Shown: positions 1-10,108 of the stretch, piece by piece
Layout: each line of letters begins with the position of its first letter
How positions within the stretch are numbered: the stretch's first letter is position 1
Notes under the pieces: model-generated
What the model saw: the letters and a program-made list of their open reading frames with translations, nothing else
Told to the model about the DNA's origin: nothing
Database searches by the model: none
Assembly: GCA_963662435.1 (NCBI GenBank)
Contig: OY759598.1
Coordinates: forward strand, 962,507 to 1,026,506
Direction of reading: 5' to 3'
DNA: 64,000 nt
From: Dehalococcoidia bacterium
GTDB lineage: Bacteria > Chloroflexota > Dehalococcoidia > Lucifugimonadales > VXLM01
Made by a program: the position numbers and the translations under genes

Positions 1-887
1 TTGTAGGGCGGGAACTCGTAGTCGGAAGCCATAATGTGGAGCATGAGTTCAACGTGCCAATTTGGCATCTTTAGAAGGTCGAAGGTGCTCTGTGAGACTT
101 CGTACCGGCCGGGCTTACCGCGAAGCGTGCTGATCTGGTTGAGTCCGTGCGTCAGCACACATGGGATGGTTGGATGGTTGTTCGCCCACACGAGTATGTC
201 GTCGAGCTCGCGAAAGTACGCCTCCGTGATGTTGGAGCGGTATTCTCCGGCATACCAGTGAATGGGGATGCCGAGACCGGCAACAGCGTCCCAGAGCGGT
301 TCGAACTCAGGGTCGTTGACGTTGTTGGCGAAGTCGGTGTGGACGAAGCCGCCCGTGGAGAAGTACAGACCCCGTAAGCCCAAGTCCGTCACCTCATGTC
401 TCAGGCGTTCGATCTGGTCGGGTTCGCCGGCCCGCCACTCGTCTACTTGCGCCAGAGCTACGAAACGGTCGGGGTACCTTTGCACACAGTCCGAAAGGTA
501 GTCATCGAGCTTTCCATAGATGCGGTCGTGCTGGATGACGGCGCGGTCCACACCGACGTAGTTCATTTGAGCGATCATGTACTCTGGCGAAGAGGACATG
601 TCCAAGAGTGTTGGCGGCATCCATTGGGTGTAGAAGTCCTCGTTGTTGACAGTGAACTCCACGCGTCCGAAGTCGCCGATTCGAAAGTCCACGTCGGGCT
701 GGAAGGAGACTCCGTCCTTTTCACCGGCGAGGAGATATCCTTCAACGGGCATGTCGTCACGAGTGCGGCGTATTCCCTGCCTGTGAAAGCGGACGTGGTA
801 CTGGTGCTCGGCGAGTCTGGTCTTCATGCTTCCCCGGTCCATTCCGAGGGGAGGAAAGCAGTGTGCGTGAGCGTCGAATACGGTCAT
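1..887 (-). CDS. Amidohydrolase family protein (Amidohydro_2), partial, runs off the left edge
   Basis: Absent from the ORF track. Manual translation from ATG at 887 gives MTVFDAHAHCFPP (DxHxH metal motif)...MIAQMNYVGVDRAVIQ...RYPDRFVALAQ; the same frame reads ...SDYEFPPY at the window edge. Confidence 0.85.
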   Translation of the reverse strand, partial: MTVFDAHAHCFPPLGMDRGSMKTRLAEHQYHVRFHRQGIRRTRDDMPVEGYLLAGEKDGVSFQPDVDFRIGDFGRVEFTVNNEDFYTQWMPPTLLDMSSSPEYMIAQMNYVGVDRAVIQHDRIYGKLDDYLSDCVQRYPDRFVALAQVDEWRAGEPDQIERLRHEVTDLGLRGLYFSTGGFVHTDFANNVNDPEFEPLWDAVAGLGIPIHWYAGEYRSNITEAYFRELDDILVWANNHPTIPCVLTHGLNQISTLRGKPGRYEVSQSTFDLLKMPNWHVELMLHIMASDYEFPPY

Positions 888-1023
888 AGTTTCGTCTCCC
901 GAGGGTAGTGAGCCGCCTCAGTGTAGGACTCGGGGCCAGTCCGGTCAAACGGCTGTCGTGACACCATTTGCGCACCCTGCTATTATAGCGCGCACCAACA
1001 GCCAGGACTTTGGAGGTCTCATC

Positions 1024-2007
1024 GTGGCGACGACAACGACCGGAATCGAGAAGGATACGCTGCTCTGGATGTACAAGACGATGGTGACCATCCGCAGGTT
1101 CGAGGAGCAGTCAAAGCGTGAGGCAGACGCGGGCAAATTGCGCGGCATGCACTCCTCCATCGGACAGGAAGCGGTGCCCGTGGGAGTTTGCGCCCACCTT
1201 CGTGACGACGACTATGTGCTGGGAACGCATCGCAGCCATCACCACTGCATCGCCAAGGGGCTCGATCTCAAGCAGATGATGGCCGAGTTGCTCGGCAAGT
1301 CGACAGGGACGAACAAGGGTAAGGGCGGGACGATGCATATTGCTGACATTGACAAGGGAATGCTCGGCGCGAACGGGGTGGTAGGGTCAAACATCCCCGT
1401 TGCGACAGGCGTGGGGCTCAGCGCCAAGGTTCGAGGGACGGACCAAGTCTCGGTGGTGTTCTTCGGAGACGGCGCGGCCAACCAGGGGACCCTTCACGAG
1501 GCCATGAATCTCGCGGGCATCTGGAAGCTGCCGGTCATCTTCGTATGTGAGAACAACCGATACGCGGAGTCGACTCCGGTCGAGTATTCGGTGGCGGGCG
1601 ATTCGATTGCGGCGAGGGCCGAAGGCTACAACATGCCGAGCATCATCGCGGACGGCCAGTCGGTGCTCGAGATGTACGAGATCGGAGGCGAAGCTGTTGC
1701 CCGAGCCCGCGCGGGCGCCGGACCGACGTTCATCGAGGCGCAGACGTATCGCTATCACGGACACTTCGGGGCGGACGATCCGCTCGCGTACCGGACACAG
1801 GAGGAAGAGGACTACTACGAGGCCCGCGACTGCATCAACGCGATGGTGTCGTACCTGGTCGAGAACGATGTGGCATCGCAGGCAGAGATCGATGCAATCG
1901 ACAGCGTGGCGCTCGCGGACGTGGAGGAGTCAATCAAGTTCGCGGACGAGAGTCCCTTCCCTGACGACGGAGAGTTGACCACCGACGTCTATATTAGCTA
2001 CGCATAG
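1024..2007 (+). CDS. acoA: Thiamine-PP-dependent dehydrogenase E1 alpha subunit (acetoin/pyruvate dehydrogenase type)
   Basis: THRSHHH, KGKGGTMH, GDGA...ENN TPP motif, TYRYHGH. GTG at 1024 follows GGAGG (ORF track starts at 958). Confidence 0.88.
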   Translation: MATTTTGIEKDTLLWMYKTMVTIRRFEEQSKREADAGKLRGMHSSIGQEAVPVGVCAHLRDDDYVLGTHRSHHHCIAKGLDLKQMMAELLGKSTGTNKGKGGTMHIADIDKGMLGANGVVGSNIPVATGVGLSAKVRGTDQVSVVFFGDGAANQGTLHEAMNLAGIWKLPVIFVCENNRYAESTPVEYSVAGDSIAARAEGYNMPSIIADGQSVLEMYEIGGEAVARARAGAGPTFIEAQTYRYHGHFGADDPLAYRTQEEEDYYEARDCINAMVSYLVENDVASQAEIDAIDSVALADVEESIKFADESPFPDDGELTTDVYISYA

Positions 2008-2056
2008 GCCGGCGAATTCGTCGGTCATGTCGAACTGACCATTTAGGAGAAGAAGC

Positions 2057-3091
2057 ATGGTAACTGAAACGGCGACACGAAACCTCTCGTACATCCAGGC
2101 GATCAACGAGGCTCTACGCCAAGAGATGCGACGCGATCCTGCGGTGATCGTGATGGGCGAAGACGTCGCAGGCGGCGCTGGCCGCGAGGACCAGGGAATC
2201 ATCGACTCGTGGGGCGGCCCGATGCGCCTGACCAAGGGCCTTATCACGGAGTTTGGCGCCGCTCGCGTCCGAGACACACCCATTTCCGAGGCCGGGTTCA
2301 TTGGAGCGGGTGTCGGCGCGGCAGCGACCGGGCTACGGCCGGTCGTCGAGTTGATGTACGTGAGCTTCTTCGGCGTGTGCGCCGACCAGATTACGAACAA
2401 TGCCGCGAAGATGCGGTACATGTTCGGCGGGAAGATCACGCTGCCGCTCACAATCATGACAGGCATGGGGGCAGGGCTTAACACCGCTGCCCAGCACTCG
2501 GAGACCCTCTATTCGATCTTTACGCACTTCCCGGGTCTGAAGGGAGTGGTGCCGTCCGACCCATACACGGCGAAGGGACTGATGATCGCCGCCATTCGCG
2601 ATGACGATCCCGTCATACTCTTCAACAACCGGCAGTTGCTGGGCTTCCCCGGGAGTGTTCACGTACCGGAGGAGACGTATGAGTTTCCCATCGGCAAGGC
2701 GCGCATCACCCGCGAAGGCGACGATGTCACGCTGATCGGAATCGGCTACACGACGCATATCGCACAGCAGGCGGCAGACGACCTCGCAGAAGACGGTATA
2801 TCGGCCGAGGTGGTCGACCTTCTATCGACTTCGCCTATGGACGAGGAGACGATCCTCGAATCGGTACAGCGAACGCGAAAGGTGGTCATAGTGGACGAGG
2901 ACTACCCGCGGTGCAGCGTCGCGAGCGATATCTCGGCACTGGTGGCGGAGCAGGCGTTTGATTACCTCGACGCGCCTCCCGTGCGGGTGAATCCGCCGCA
3001 CACCTCGGTGCCGTACAGCCGTCCGCTGGAGGCGCTGTACATGCCCACGCCGGAAAAGGTTATCGACGCCGTCAACGAGGTGATGGGTTAG
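2057..3091 (+). CDS. acoB: Dehydrogenase E1 beta subunit
   Basis: GEDVA, RVRDTPISEAGFIGAGVGAA, AAQHSE, LDAPPVRV. Confidence 0.88.
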   Translation: MVTETATRNLSYIQAINEALRQEMRRDPAVIVMGEDVAGGAGREDQGIIDSWGGPMRLTKGLITEFGAARVRDTPISEAGFIGAGVGAAATGLRPVVELMYVSFFGVCADQITNNAAKMRYMFGGKITLPLTIMTGMGAGLNTAAQHSETLYSIFTHFPGLKGVVPSDPYTAKGLMIAAIRDDDPVILFNNRQLLGFPGSVHVPEETYEFPIGKARITREGDDVTLIGIGYTTHIAQQAADDLAEDGISAEVVDLLSTSPMDEETILESVQRTRKVVIVDEDYPRCSVASDISALVAEQAFDYLDAPPVRVNPPHTSVPYSRPLEALYMPTPEKVIDAVNEVMG

Positions 3092-3153
3092 CCGGGCGGC
3101 GGACTCTGGGCGCACGACAGTCATTACCTTTGTCAAGCAGGGAGAATTGAACT

Positions 3154-4323
3154 ATGGCGACTCCTATTGTCATGCCGCGACTCGGCGACTTCATGACCGA
3201 GGGCGTGGTTACGTGGAGCAAGTCTTCCGGCGATGCCGTGAAGAGGGGGGAGCCCCTGGCCGCAATCGAGTCGGAAAAGCTGACCTACGATCTCGAAGCG
3301 GCAGAGGATGGCATCCTTCACACGTTGGCCGACAGCGGCGCGACAGTGCCTGTAGACGCGGTGCTCGGGTACTTCCTCGCGGAGGGTGAAGAGCCACCGG
3401 CAGCCGAGAAGCCTAAAGAGCGGCGAGCCGCGGCATCTCCGGGAAGGTCGTCCCGGTCGGCTTCGTCGCGCCGCGCTGCAGGATCCGGCGGTCCGCCGGT
3501 CCGGTCAACGCCCGGAGCGAGAAAGGTTGCTGCAAATCTTGGGATCGAGATAGCAGAAGTGCCGACCGACGGCGCGAGAATCACGGAGGCCGACGTTCGC
3601 GCGTATGCCGAATCGCAGACCGCCACCAAGCTACCTCCGGGTGTCCCGACGCCGTCCTCGTCAGTCGAGATGACGGGCATGAGGAAGGGCATTGCCGACC
3701 ACATGCGGTCGAGCATCGCGAGCACTGCCCAGCTCTCCTTCTTCCTGGAAGTCGATGTAACGGACGTTCAGCAGATGCGCCGCGATGCGTCGAAGGACTC
3801 CGACACGACGATCACGCTTGCGCACGCGATTATCAAGGCATGCGCGGCGGCGATCAGTCGCGTACCGGCAATCAACAGTATCCTGCATGAGGGGACCGTT
3901 CACCAGTTCGATGAGGTAAACGTGGGATTCGCCGCTGCCTTGGACGAGGGCCTGATCGTGCCGGTCATCCGGGGAGCGGAACAGAAGAGCATCTCCGAGA
4001 TCGCCGCCGAGATGGACGACCTCGCGACGAAGGCCAAGGATGGCACGCTGCTGCCGGATGCAGTATTAGGTGGAACGTTCACCGTCAGCGTCCTCGGAAT
4101 AGTGGACGGGTTCACGCCGATCCTGAACGCCGGACAGAGCGCGATACTTGGCGTTGGCCGTTCCGTCCAAAAGCCGGTTGCCAGCAAGGGAGAGATCGTC
4201 GTGCGCGAGATTCTGACGCTGAGCCTGACCGTCGATCACCAGACCATCGACGGCGCTGTGGCCGCCTCCTTCATGAGACGACTGCAGCAGGCCATCGAGA
4301 GGCCCGCACCGCTGTTCAAGTAA
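3154..4323 (+). CDS. Dihydrolipoamide acyltransferase E2
   Basis: Lipoyl domain (IESEK), E3-binding domain (STPGARK...RITEADV), catalytic domain with DHQTIDG. Confidence 0.9.
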   Translation: MATPIVMPRLGDFMTEGVVTWSKSSGDAVKRGEPLAAIESEKLTYDLEAAEDGILHTLADSGATVPVDAVLGYFLAEGEEPPAAEKPKERRAAASPGRSSRSASSRRAAGSGGPPVRSTPGARKVAANLGIEIAEVPTDGARITEADVRAYAESQTATKLPPGVPTPSSSVEMTGMRKGIADHMRSSIASTAQLSFFLEVDVTDVQQMRRDASKDSDTTITLAHAIIKACAAAISRVPAINSILHEGTVHQFDEVNVGFAAALDEGLIVPVIRGAEQKSISEIAAEMDDLATKAKDGTLLPDAVLGGTFTVSVLGIVDGFTPILNAGQSAILGVGRSVQKPVASKGEIVVREILTLSLTVDHQTIDGAVAASFMRRLQQAIERPAPLFK

Positions 4324-4333
4324 GCAATACGCT

Positions 4334-4894
4334 ATGGCATCCGACGCGGCAGCCGACGAGTTCCTGAAGCTCTATTCGCCTGTGTCCGTCGAGGCTCAGA
4401 CATGGCTCGCAGGCGAGATCGAATTAACCGTCTCCTCCTACATCACTTGTGATGAGCCGCCAGCGCAACTTGTGAGTTCCGTAAGGGCGCTTGTGTTCCT
4501 TGACGAGACGATACTCCTTATGCAAAACGTGAACGGCTGCCACATTCACCCCGGCGGGAGAGTAGAAGCAGGGGAATTACATCTGGATGCCCTTCGGCGA
4601 GAGATCGTCGAAGAGGCGGGTGTGGAGATTAGCGGTGTACGCCCTTTGGGTTTCATGCACCTGCGCCATGAGACACCGAAGCCGCCGAACTATCCCTATC
4701 TGTACCCGGACCTCTTCTGGCCCATTTTCCAAGCGGAGTACGACGGCGACAGCGAACTGACACTGGAACCGGACGACTACGAATTGTCATCTGAGTTCGT
4801 GCCCCTTGGCGAATTCGACCGCTCAATTCTCACCGCCGCTGAACTGGCCTACCTCGATTACGCTATCGAAATACGACGGAGGACTCACGCCTAA
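4334..4894 (+). CDS. NUDIX hydrolase
   Basis: Nudix box GGRVEAGELHLDALRREIVEEAG. Confidence 0.85.
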   Translation: MASDAAADEFLKLYSPVSVEAQTWLAGEIELTVSSYITCDEPPAQLVSSVRALVFLDETILLMQNVNGCHIHPGGRVEAGELHLDALRREIVEEAGVEISGVRPLGFMHLRHETPKPPNYPYLYPDLFWPIFQAEYDGDSELTLEPDDYELSSEFVPLGEFDRSILTAAELAYLDYAIEIRRRTHA

Positions 4895-4896
4895 TC

Positions 4897-5643
4897 ATGC
4901 TTTCGGTAGTCACCAAGCTCCCTTCCGAGCCGACCGGCAAGCCTTCGGTGATCTTCGTTCACGGTGCGGGCACGTCGGCTCCGGTGTGGACCCACTGGCA
5001 AGCGGCATTTGTCGAGGCGGGGTGGCCAACTTACAACCTCGATCTTCGGGGGCACGGGGCCAGCGGCGCGGTCGACCTGACTCGCGTCGGCATGTTCGAC
5101 TATGTTGACGACGTGAACACCGTGGCCGGGCAGTACAAGGAGCCGCCGGTCGTGGTGGGGTGGAGCATGGGCGGCCACATCGCCGTCATCGCCGCGTCGC
5201 AAGGAGGGTACGCCGCTTGTGTCGCGCTCGACCCCGATCCGCCGCCAGATAGGGTGGATGTGTCGGTCGAATTGGTCTTCGGCCTGCAAACACCGGAGGA
5301 GATCGGCTACTCGCTGGACGGTGACCCACGTCTCTTGCCGCATATGCCCGACCTGACGACGGATGAACGGCGGATCGCGCAGTCGTCCCTGTGCGACGAG
5401 TCTTTGCTGATGGGGAGTCAGAGAATGAGGGGCATCCTCATCGAGCGAATGCCGTGTCCGATGCTGGAGATTCTGGGCGGACTCGACGACTACTATCCGA
5501 CAGAGCCCAGCTACCACGGGGTCGGCCTGGCCGGTGACCAGATATACGTACCCGACTCGTCACATTGGGGTCTGGTGCTCAGCCGTCGAGTGCAAGCAGA
5601 GCTGCTGCCTCAGGTGTTGGACTGGCTGGAACTGAACGTGTGA
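4897..5643 (+). CDS. Alpha/beta fold hydrolase
   Basis: FVHGAG, DLRGHG, nucleophile elbow GWSMGG, C-terminal His (SSHWG). Confidence 0.85.
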   Translation: MLSVVTKLPSEPTGKPSVIFVHGAGTSAPVWTHWQAAFVEAGWPTYNLDLRGHGASGAVDLTRVGMFDYVDDVNTVAGQYKEPPVVVGWSMGGHIAVIAASQGGYAACVALDPDPPPDRVDVSVELVFGLQTPEEIGYSLDGDPRLLPHMPDLTTDERRIAQSSLCDESLLMGSQRMRGILIERMPCPMLEILGGLDDYYPTEPSYHGVGLAGDQIYVPDSSHWGLVLSRRVQAELLPQVLDWLELNV

Positions 5644-5662
5644 ATACGGCTCATCGTTTCGA

Positions 5663-6412
5663 CTACCGGACGCAGTTGTCATTCCCTCCGTCTGGTATGC
5701 ATTTGCGGTTGATGAGACCGGTCTTGCCCCCATCGACGGCTGTCTGGACGGCTTCCGCCTGAACGGCGCCGATCCACCGGTTCCATGACTCGGTATTCTC
5801 TTTGAAATACTTGACGCCTGCGACGTTCGGCCTCATGCCGATGCGCCCGCCGGTAATCCGTGAGGCAAGGGACTCTATACTCTCGTCGCCTGGAACGAAT
5901 CCGCTCAAGAAGTCTATGATCTCCTGCGACGCTTCTCTGAGGGCAGGGCTGGCGCCAATGCGCAGGTCCGATTCGCCCTCGTACAGCGAGCCGACCTCCA
6001 GTATGCCGGCGTCGGACCCGGTCGTGGCATACCAGTCCTCCTCCATCCAGAGTACGAGATGCACGTCTCCTGCAAGAAGGGCATCGCCATAGTGCCTATC
6101 TCCGAGGTCGACAAGCTCTACGGCATGGTCGAAGCCAAAGACAACTACGTAACCGGCGAGGAAGTTCAGGAGCTTCAGGGTGTTATCGTCCCACTCGGCG
6201 ATCTTGATGGTCTCGCCCTTGCTGATGATGTCGTACTTTTGCGTGATGATCTTCTCGGGGGTCGCATTGGCTATTGGAACGGGAGACGGGGTGGGGGTAC
6301 CGTGGTAGTCGAAGGGAAATGGCTCGTCTTCCGGGGCACATGCGGCCCATACCAGCGTCGCTACTGCGGCGAGGAGGACGAGAATGGGGAGAGTATGGTA
6401 CGTACGATTCAT
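5663..6412 (-). CDS. Lipoprotein resembling a shortened glycine-betaine (OpuAC/ProX) substrate-binding protein
   Basis: Signal peptide with lipobox (WAAC), Pro/Thr linker, ALLAGDVHLVLW and YFKENTESWNRWI segments typical of ProX-like proteins. Confidence 0.6.
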   Translation of the reverse strand: MNRTYHTLPILVLLAAVATLVWAACAPEDEPFPFDYHGTPTPSPVPIANATPEKIITQKYDIISKGETIKIAEWDDNTLKLLNFLAGYVVVFGFDHAVELVDLGDRHYGDALLAGDVHLVLWMEEDWYATTGSDAGILEVGSLYEGESDLRIGASPALREASQEIIDFLSGFVPGDESIESLASRITGGRIGMRPNVAGVKYFKENTESWNRWIGAVQAEAVQTAVDGGKTGLINRKCIPDGGNDNCVR

Positions 6413-6514
6413 GGCTTCTTCGGGACAATCGGGCCTAATAGTTGGAAGTTGCCATCGATATAGGCGGATACTACCATATATCCTCTAGATTAGAAGAGGC
6501 GGAATTCTGCGACT

Positions 6515-6817
6515 ATGCAGCTTCGAGCATTCACCAAAACAACGACCGAGACGAGCACGATCGTCGAGGAATTGCGGGATATCCTACCACCGTATTCCGT
6601 GATCTTGCACAACGATGACGTCAACTCCATGGACTTCGTCGTTGCGGCGCTCCTGAAAAGCGTGGAACCTCTGAGCAGTGAAGAGGCTGTGACCATCATG
6701 CTGGAGGCGCACAACACCGGGCGTGCCGTGGTGATAACCTGTCCGCTGGAACATGCCGAGCTCTATCGAGACCGTTTGCGGTCGTTCAGGCTCGGCGTCA
6801 CGATCGAGAAGGCATAA
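6515..6817 (+). CDS. clpS: ATP-dependent Clp protease adaptor ClpS
   Basis: PPYSVILHNDDVNSMDFVV...IMLEAHNTGRAVV. Confidence 0.92.
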   Translation: MQLRAFTKTTTETSTIVEELRDILPPYSVILHNDDVNSMDFVVAALLKSVEPLSSEEAVTIMLEAHNTGRAVVITCPLEHAELYRDRLRSFRLGVTIEKA

Positions 6818-6876
6818 AACATGAACCCAAGCAGCCCTGTAAAGTTGACTTCGGAACGTGTTGTAATTCTGGTCGA

Positions 6877-7977
6877 ATGCCGGCTGTCACGGAGGTGAGA
6901 GCAAAGATGCGGGTTGTCTGGGTTATTGCGCTGTTGACCATGGGCGTTGCGGTGTCGTCAGCATGCATAGGAGGAAGTGAGGAGCCCACGCCGACGCCCA
7001 TCGTCATCGATTCAGATCCTGAGGACCTCATCAGCTTCGCGTTTTCATCCAACTTCGAGCAGGACGGGGTAATGTTTGTCGGCACCGACCCCGGTGGTGT
7101 CTTCCGTTCCTCCAGTTACGGGAACAGTTGGTCACGCATCAACGAAGGCCTCATAGATGGGGTAGTAACCGACATGGTCGTCTCCCCCGACTTCCCCGAT
7201 GACGACACCATTTTTATCAGCACCGTCCGCAACGGGGTTTTTCGCTCCACAAACAGGGGAGATCTCTGGGAGCAGACCGCAAAGGGTCTGGAGCGCCGCA
7301 GTGTAGCTGTAATAGCCATCTCGCCTGACTATGCGCGCGACAGGACTCTGTTTGCAGGGACCCAGTTCCGCGGCATCTTCCGGTCGACCAATGGGGGCGA
7401 TTCCTGGGAACAGGTGGGGCTTCCCAGCAGCAATGTGCTGGCCATAGGAATCTCTCCGGAGTACTCTTCCGATCGCACCGTGTTTGCGGGGACAGGCCGA
7501 GACGGGGTGTTTCGCTCGCTCGACGGTGGGGAGTCCTGGGAGGACATTACCCGTGGCCTTTTCCAAGGGGCGTCGAACGTGATTCGCTTCTCGCCGGACT
7601 ACGCTGAAGACCAGACGGTGTTCCTTGGAATGAAGGACGAGGGCCCGTTCAAATCTACGAATGGGGGCAACTTCTGGCGGCCGGTTGACGAGGGCCTCAC
7701 CAGCCTGAAGACGGTTGGTCTGGCCGTGTCTCCGAACTTCCGCCGGGACGGCCTCATATATCTGGCCACACTCAATGGAAACATCTTCTTGTCCAGAGAC
7801 CAAGGAGAGACATTCGAGAACACCCTGGTCAAGGGTAGAACTTTCCGCACAATGGAGCTTTCTCCTGGTTTTGCGTCCGACGGCACGATCTTCGTGGGCG
7901 GCTCCCTCTCCAAGATTGCCCGCACCACCGATGGAGGAAAGACCTGGGAGGATATCGAGATTAAGGTGAACGAGTGA
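6877..7977 (+). CDS. Secreted/lipoprotein BNR (Asp-box) repeat beta-propeller
   Basis: Signal peptide with SAC lipobox-like motif; seven SxxGGxxW-type Asp boxes. Start may be 6907. Confidence 0.8.
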   Translation: MPAVTEVRAKMRVVWVIALLTMGVAVSSACIGGSEEPTPTPIVIDSDPEDLISFAFSSNFEQDGVMFVGTDPGGVFRSSSYGNSWSRINEGLIDGVVTDMVVSPDFPDDDTIFISTVRNGVFRSTNRGDLWEQTAKGLERRSVAVIAISPDYARDRTLFAGTQFRGIFRSTNGGDSWEQVGLPSSNVLAIGISPEYSSDRTVFAGTGRDGVFRSLDGGESWEDITRGLFQGASNVIRFSPDYAEDQTVFLGMKDEGPFKSTNGGNFWRPVDEGLTSLKTVGLAVSPNFRRDGLIYLATLNGNIFLSRDQGETFENTLVKGRTFRTMELSPGFASDGTIFVGGSLSKIARTTDGGKTWEDIEIKVNE

Positions 7978-7992
7978 TTACAAGCTGGCCGG

Positions 7993-8859
7993 ATGGAGAA
8001 ACTCACTATGCAAGCGGATAGCAGGCTCACCATCCTCAGCATCGGCGGACACCCGAAGGACGTTGTGCTGTACGCAGGCGGAACGATGGCCCTCCACGTC
8101 GAACGTGGCGACAGGGTGGTCGCGCTTACACCGACATACGGCGTTTCTCACCATGAGAAGGCCGTTGCGGCTTCCAAGCGAGGCGAGAAGATTGACATCG
8201 AAGCTGCCAAGCGAGAGCGGATGCAGGAACTTGTGGAGGCGTGCGCCGAGCTTGGGGTGAGTGATGTTCGCTGCTTGGATCACGACGATGACGTGCCGAT
8301 GGTCGAAAGGAGAATCGTGGAGGACATCGCAGACGTGATTGCCGATGTTCGTCCAGACTTCATCACTACGCACCACCCGAATGACTCGGTTGTCATGCAC
8401 GGGGTGACCGGCCAGATGACTCTCATTGCCCTGGAAACGGCAAGAACTATACGCGGAAACGTCAAGCTGCCTCATTCGGTGCGACAGGTCTTCTTTCACT
8501 CGCAATACGGTCGTACCAACGTCCTCGAACAGGATATTCCCCGAATACCGACCGTCGTCATAGACATCACATCGACTGTGCGGAAGAAGGCAGCCGCCAT
8601 GAACCGGTTCCAATCGCAGTACTACGGCCCCGACAGCCCCCTGCAGCGCAAGCTCGGAGAGGTCCTGGACGGCTCGATTTCCGCGATACACAGCAGAGTG
8701 CCGTACGCCGAGTCCTTCCTGCCGCTCAATGCCAACGTGTATCGCAGCCTGCCGTTTTCAGAGTATGAACTTGAGCTTTCCGAGCGCACCTCTGAGGATA
8801 CGTACGCCAACATGACACAGATGCTTCTCGACGACTTCACGCCATCAAGCGACGGGTAG
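7993..8859 (+). CDS. PIG-L/LmbE family metalloprotein with non-canonical HPKD motif
   Basis: GGHPKD...AGGTMA, VRPDFITTH, IDITSTVRKKAAAMNRFQSQ, YAESF. Confidence 0.8.
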   Translation: MEKLTMQADSRLTILSIGGHPKDVVLYAGGTMALHVERGDRVVALTPTYGVSHHEKAVAASKRGEKIDIEAAKRERMQELVEACAELGVSDVRCLDHDDDVPMVERRIVEDIADVIADVRPDFITTHHPNDSVVMHGVTGQMTLIALETARTIRGNVKLPHSVRQVFFHSQYGRTNVLEQDIPRIPTVVIDITSTVRKKAAAMNRFQSQYYGPDSPLQRKLGEVLDGSISAIHSRVPYAESFLPLNANVYRSLPFSEYELELSERTSEDTYANMTQMLLDDFTPSSDG

Positions 8860-8925
8860 TGAAATGCGGATGCCGTTACGTGCCCGAATTCTCTTGCATC
8901 ACCCACAGGCGCCCAGGGAGTCCAA

Positions 8926-10083
8926 ATGACCAAGGTCACGGAGGAAACGCGTAGGCAGATCGTGAGCCTCGTTCGAGAGTTCGTGACGAACGATGTCTTG
9001 CCAATCGCCTCCCAGTACGACAACGAGGACAAGTACCCCAAGGAGCTTGTGCCGACAATGCGGGAGTTGGGGCTGTTCGGGATAACGATTCCTGAAGAGT
9101 ACGGTGGTCTCGGTCTGGACCACACCACGATGGCGATGATATTCGAGGAGCTGAGCAAGGGCTGGATGAGCGTAGCGGGGATCATCGGGACGCACCACGT
9201 GATGGCATCGATCGTGGGAGACTTCGGCACCGACGAGCAAAAGCGAAGCCTGCTGCCGCTGATGGCAAGCGGCGACATTCGAGGCGCGCTCGGCCTGACG
9301 GAGCCGGAGGCCGGCAGCGACGTTCAGAACATCCAGACCACCGCGAGAAGGGACGGAGAGGAGTATGTCCTTAAAGGAAGCAAGATGTTCATTACGAACG
9401 GAGAACACGGAAACGCCGTGGCCGTCCTCGCGAAGACCGATCCTCACTCAGAGCCTCGCTATCGAGGAATTAGCTGCTTCGTTGTACGGAAGCCTGCCGT
9501 AGGATTCTCGGTAGGCCAGCACGTCGACAAACTCGGTTACCGAGGACTTGATACCGTCGAGTTGGTCTTTGACAACGTGCGGGTCTCCACGGATGACCTG
9601 GTGGGCGGGGAAGAGGGCAGGGGATACAGCCAGGTGCTGAGCGCTCTGGAGTCCGGCCGGATTAACGTTGCGGCCAGGGCGGTCGGAGTTGCGACCGCTG
9701 CGTTCGAGGCTGCGATGAAATATGCAGGCCAGCGCAGGGCGTTCGGGAAGCGAATAGCTGAGCATCAGGCAATTGCGACGAAGCTGGCCGATATGGCGAC
9801 CAAGATCGAAGCGGCGCGTCTACTGACCTACGAGGCGGCGCGGAAGCGTGACGAGGGACTGCGTGTAGACCTCGAGGCGGGCATGGCCAAGCTCTTTGCT
9901 TCCGAGACATGTGGTGAGGTGACGATGGAGGCCATGCGCATTCATGGCGGATACGGCTACATCAAGGAGTATCCCGTCGAACGGTACTACCGTGACGCGC
10001 CACTGATGATCATCGGCGAGGGCACCAACGAAATCCAGAAGCTGGTCATTGCCCGCAGGTTGCTTGACAAGTACGGAACTTGA
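8926..10083 (+). CDS. Acyl-CoA dehydrogenase
   Basis: LTEPEAGSD, GSKMFITNG, RIHGGYGY, IIGEGTNEIQ. Confidence 0.95.
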   Translation: MTKVTEETRRQIVSLVREFVTNDVLPIASQYDNEDKYPKELVPTMRELGLFGITIPEEYGGLGLDHTTMAMIFEELSKGWMSVAGIIGTHHVMASIVGDFGTDEQKRSLLPLMASGDIRGALGLTEPEAGSDVQNIQTTARRDGEEYVLKGSKMFITNGEHGNAVAVLAKTDPHSEPRYRGISCFVVRKPAVGFSVGQHVDKLGYRGLDTVELVFDNVRVSTDDLVGGEEGRGYSQVLSALESGRINVAARAVGVATAAFEAAMKYAGQRRAFGKRIAEHQAIATKLADMATKIEAARLLTYEAARKRDEGLRVDLEAGMAKLFASETCGEVTMEAMRIHGGYGYIKEYPVERYYRDAPLMIIGEGTNEIQKLVIARRLLDKYGT

Positions 10084-10108
10084 CGCTCCTCTATAGGGCA
10101 GCCCGAAG

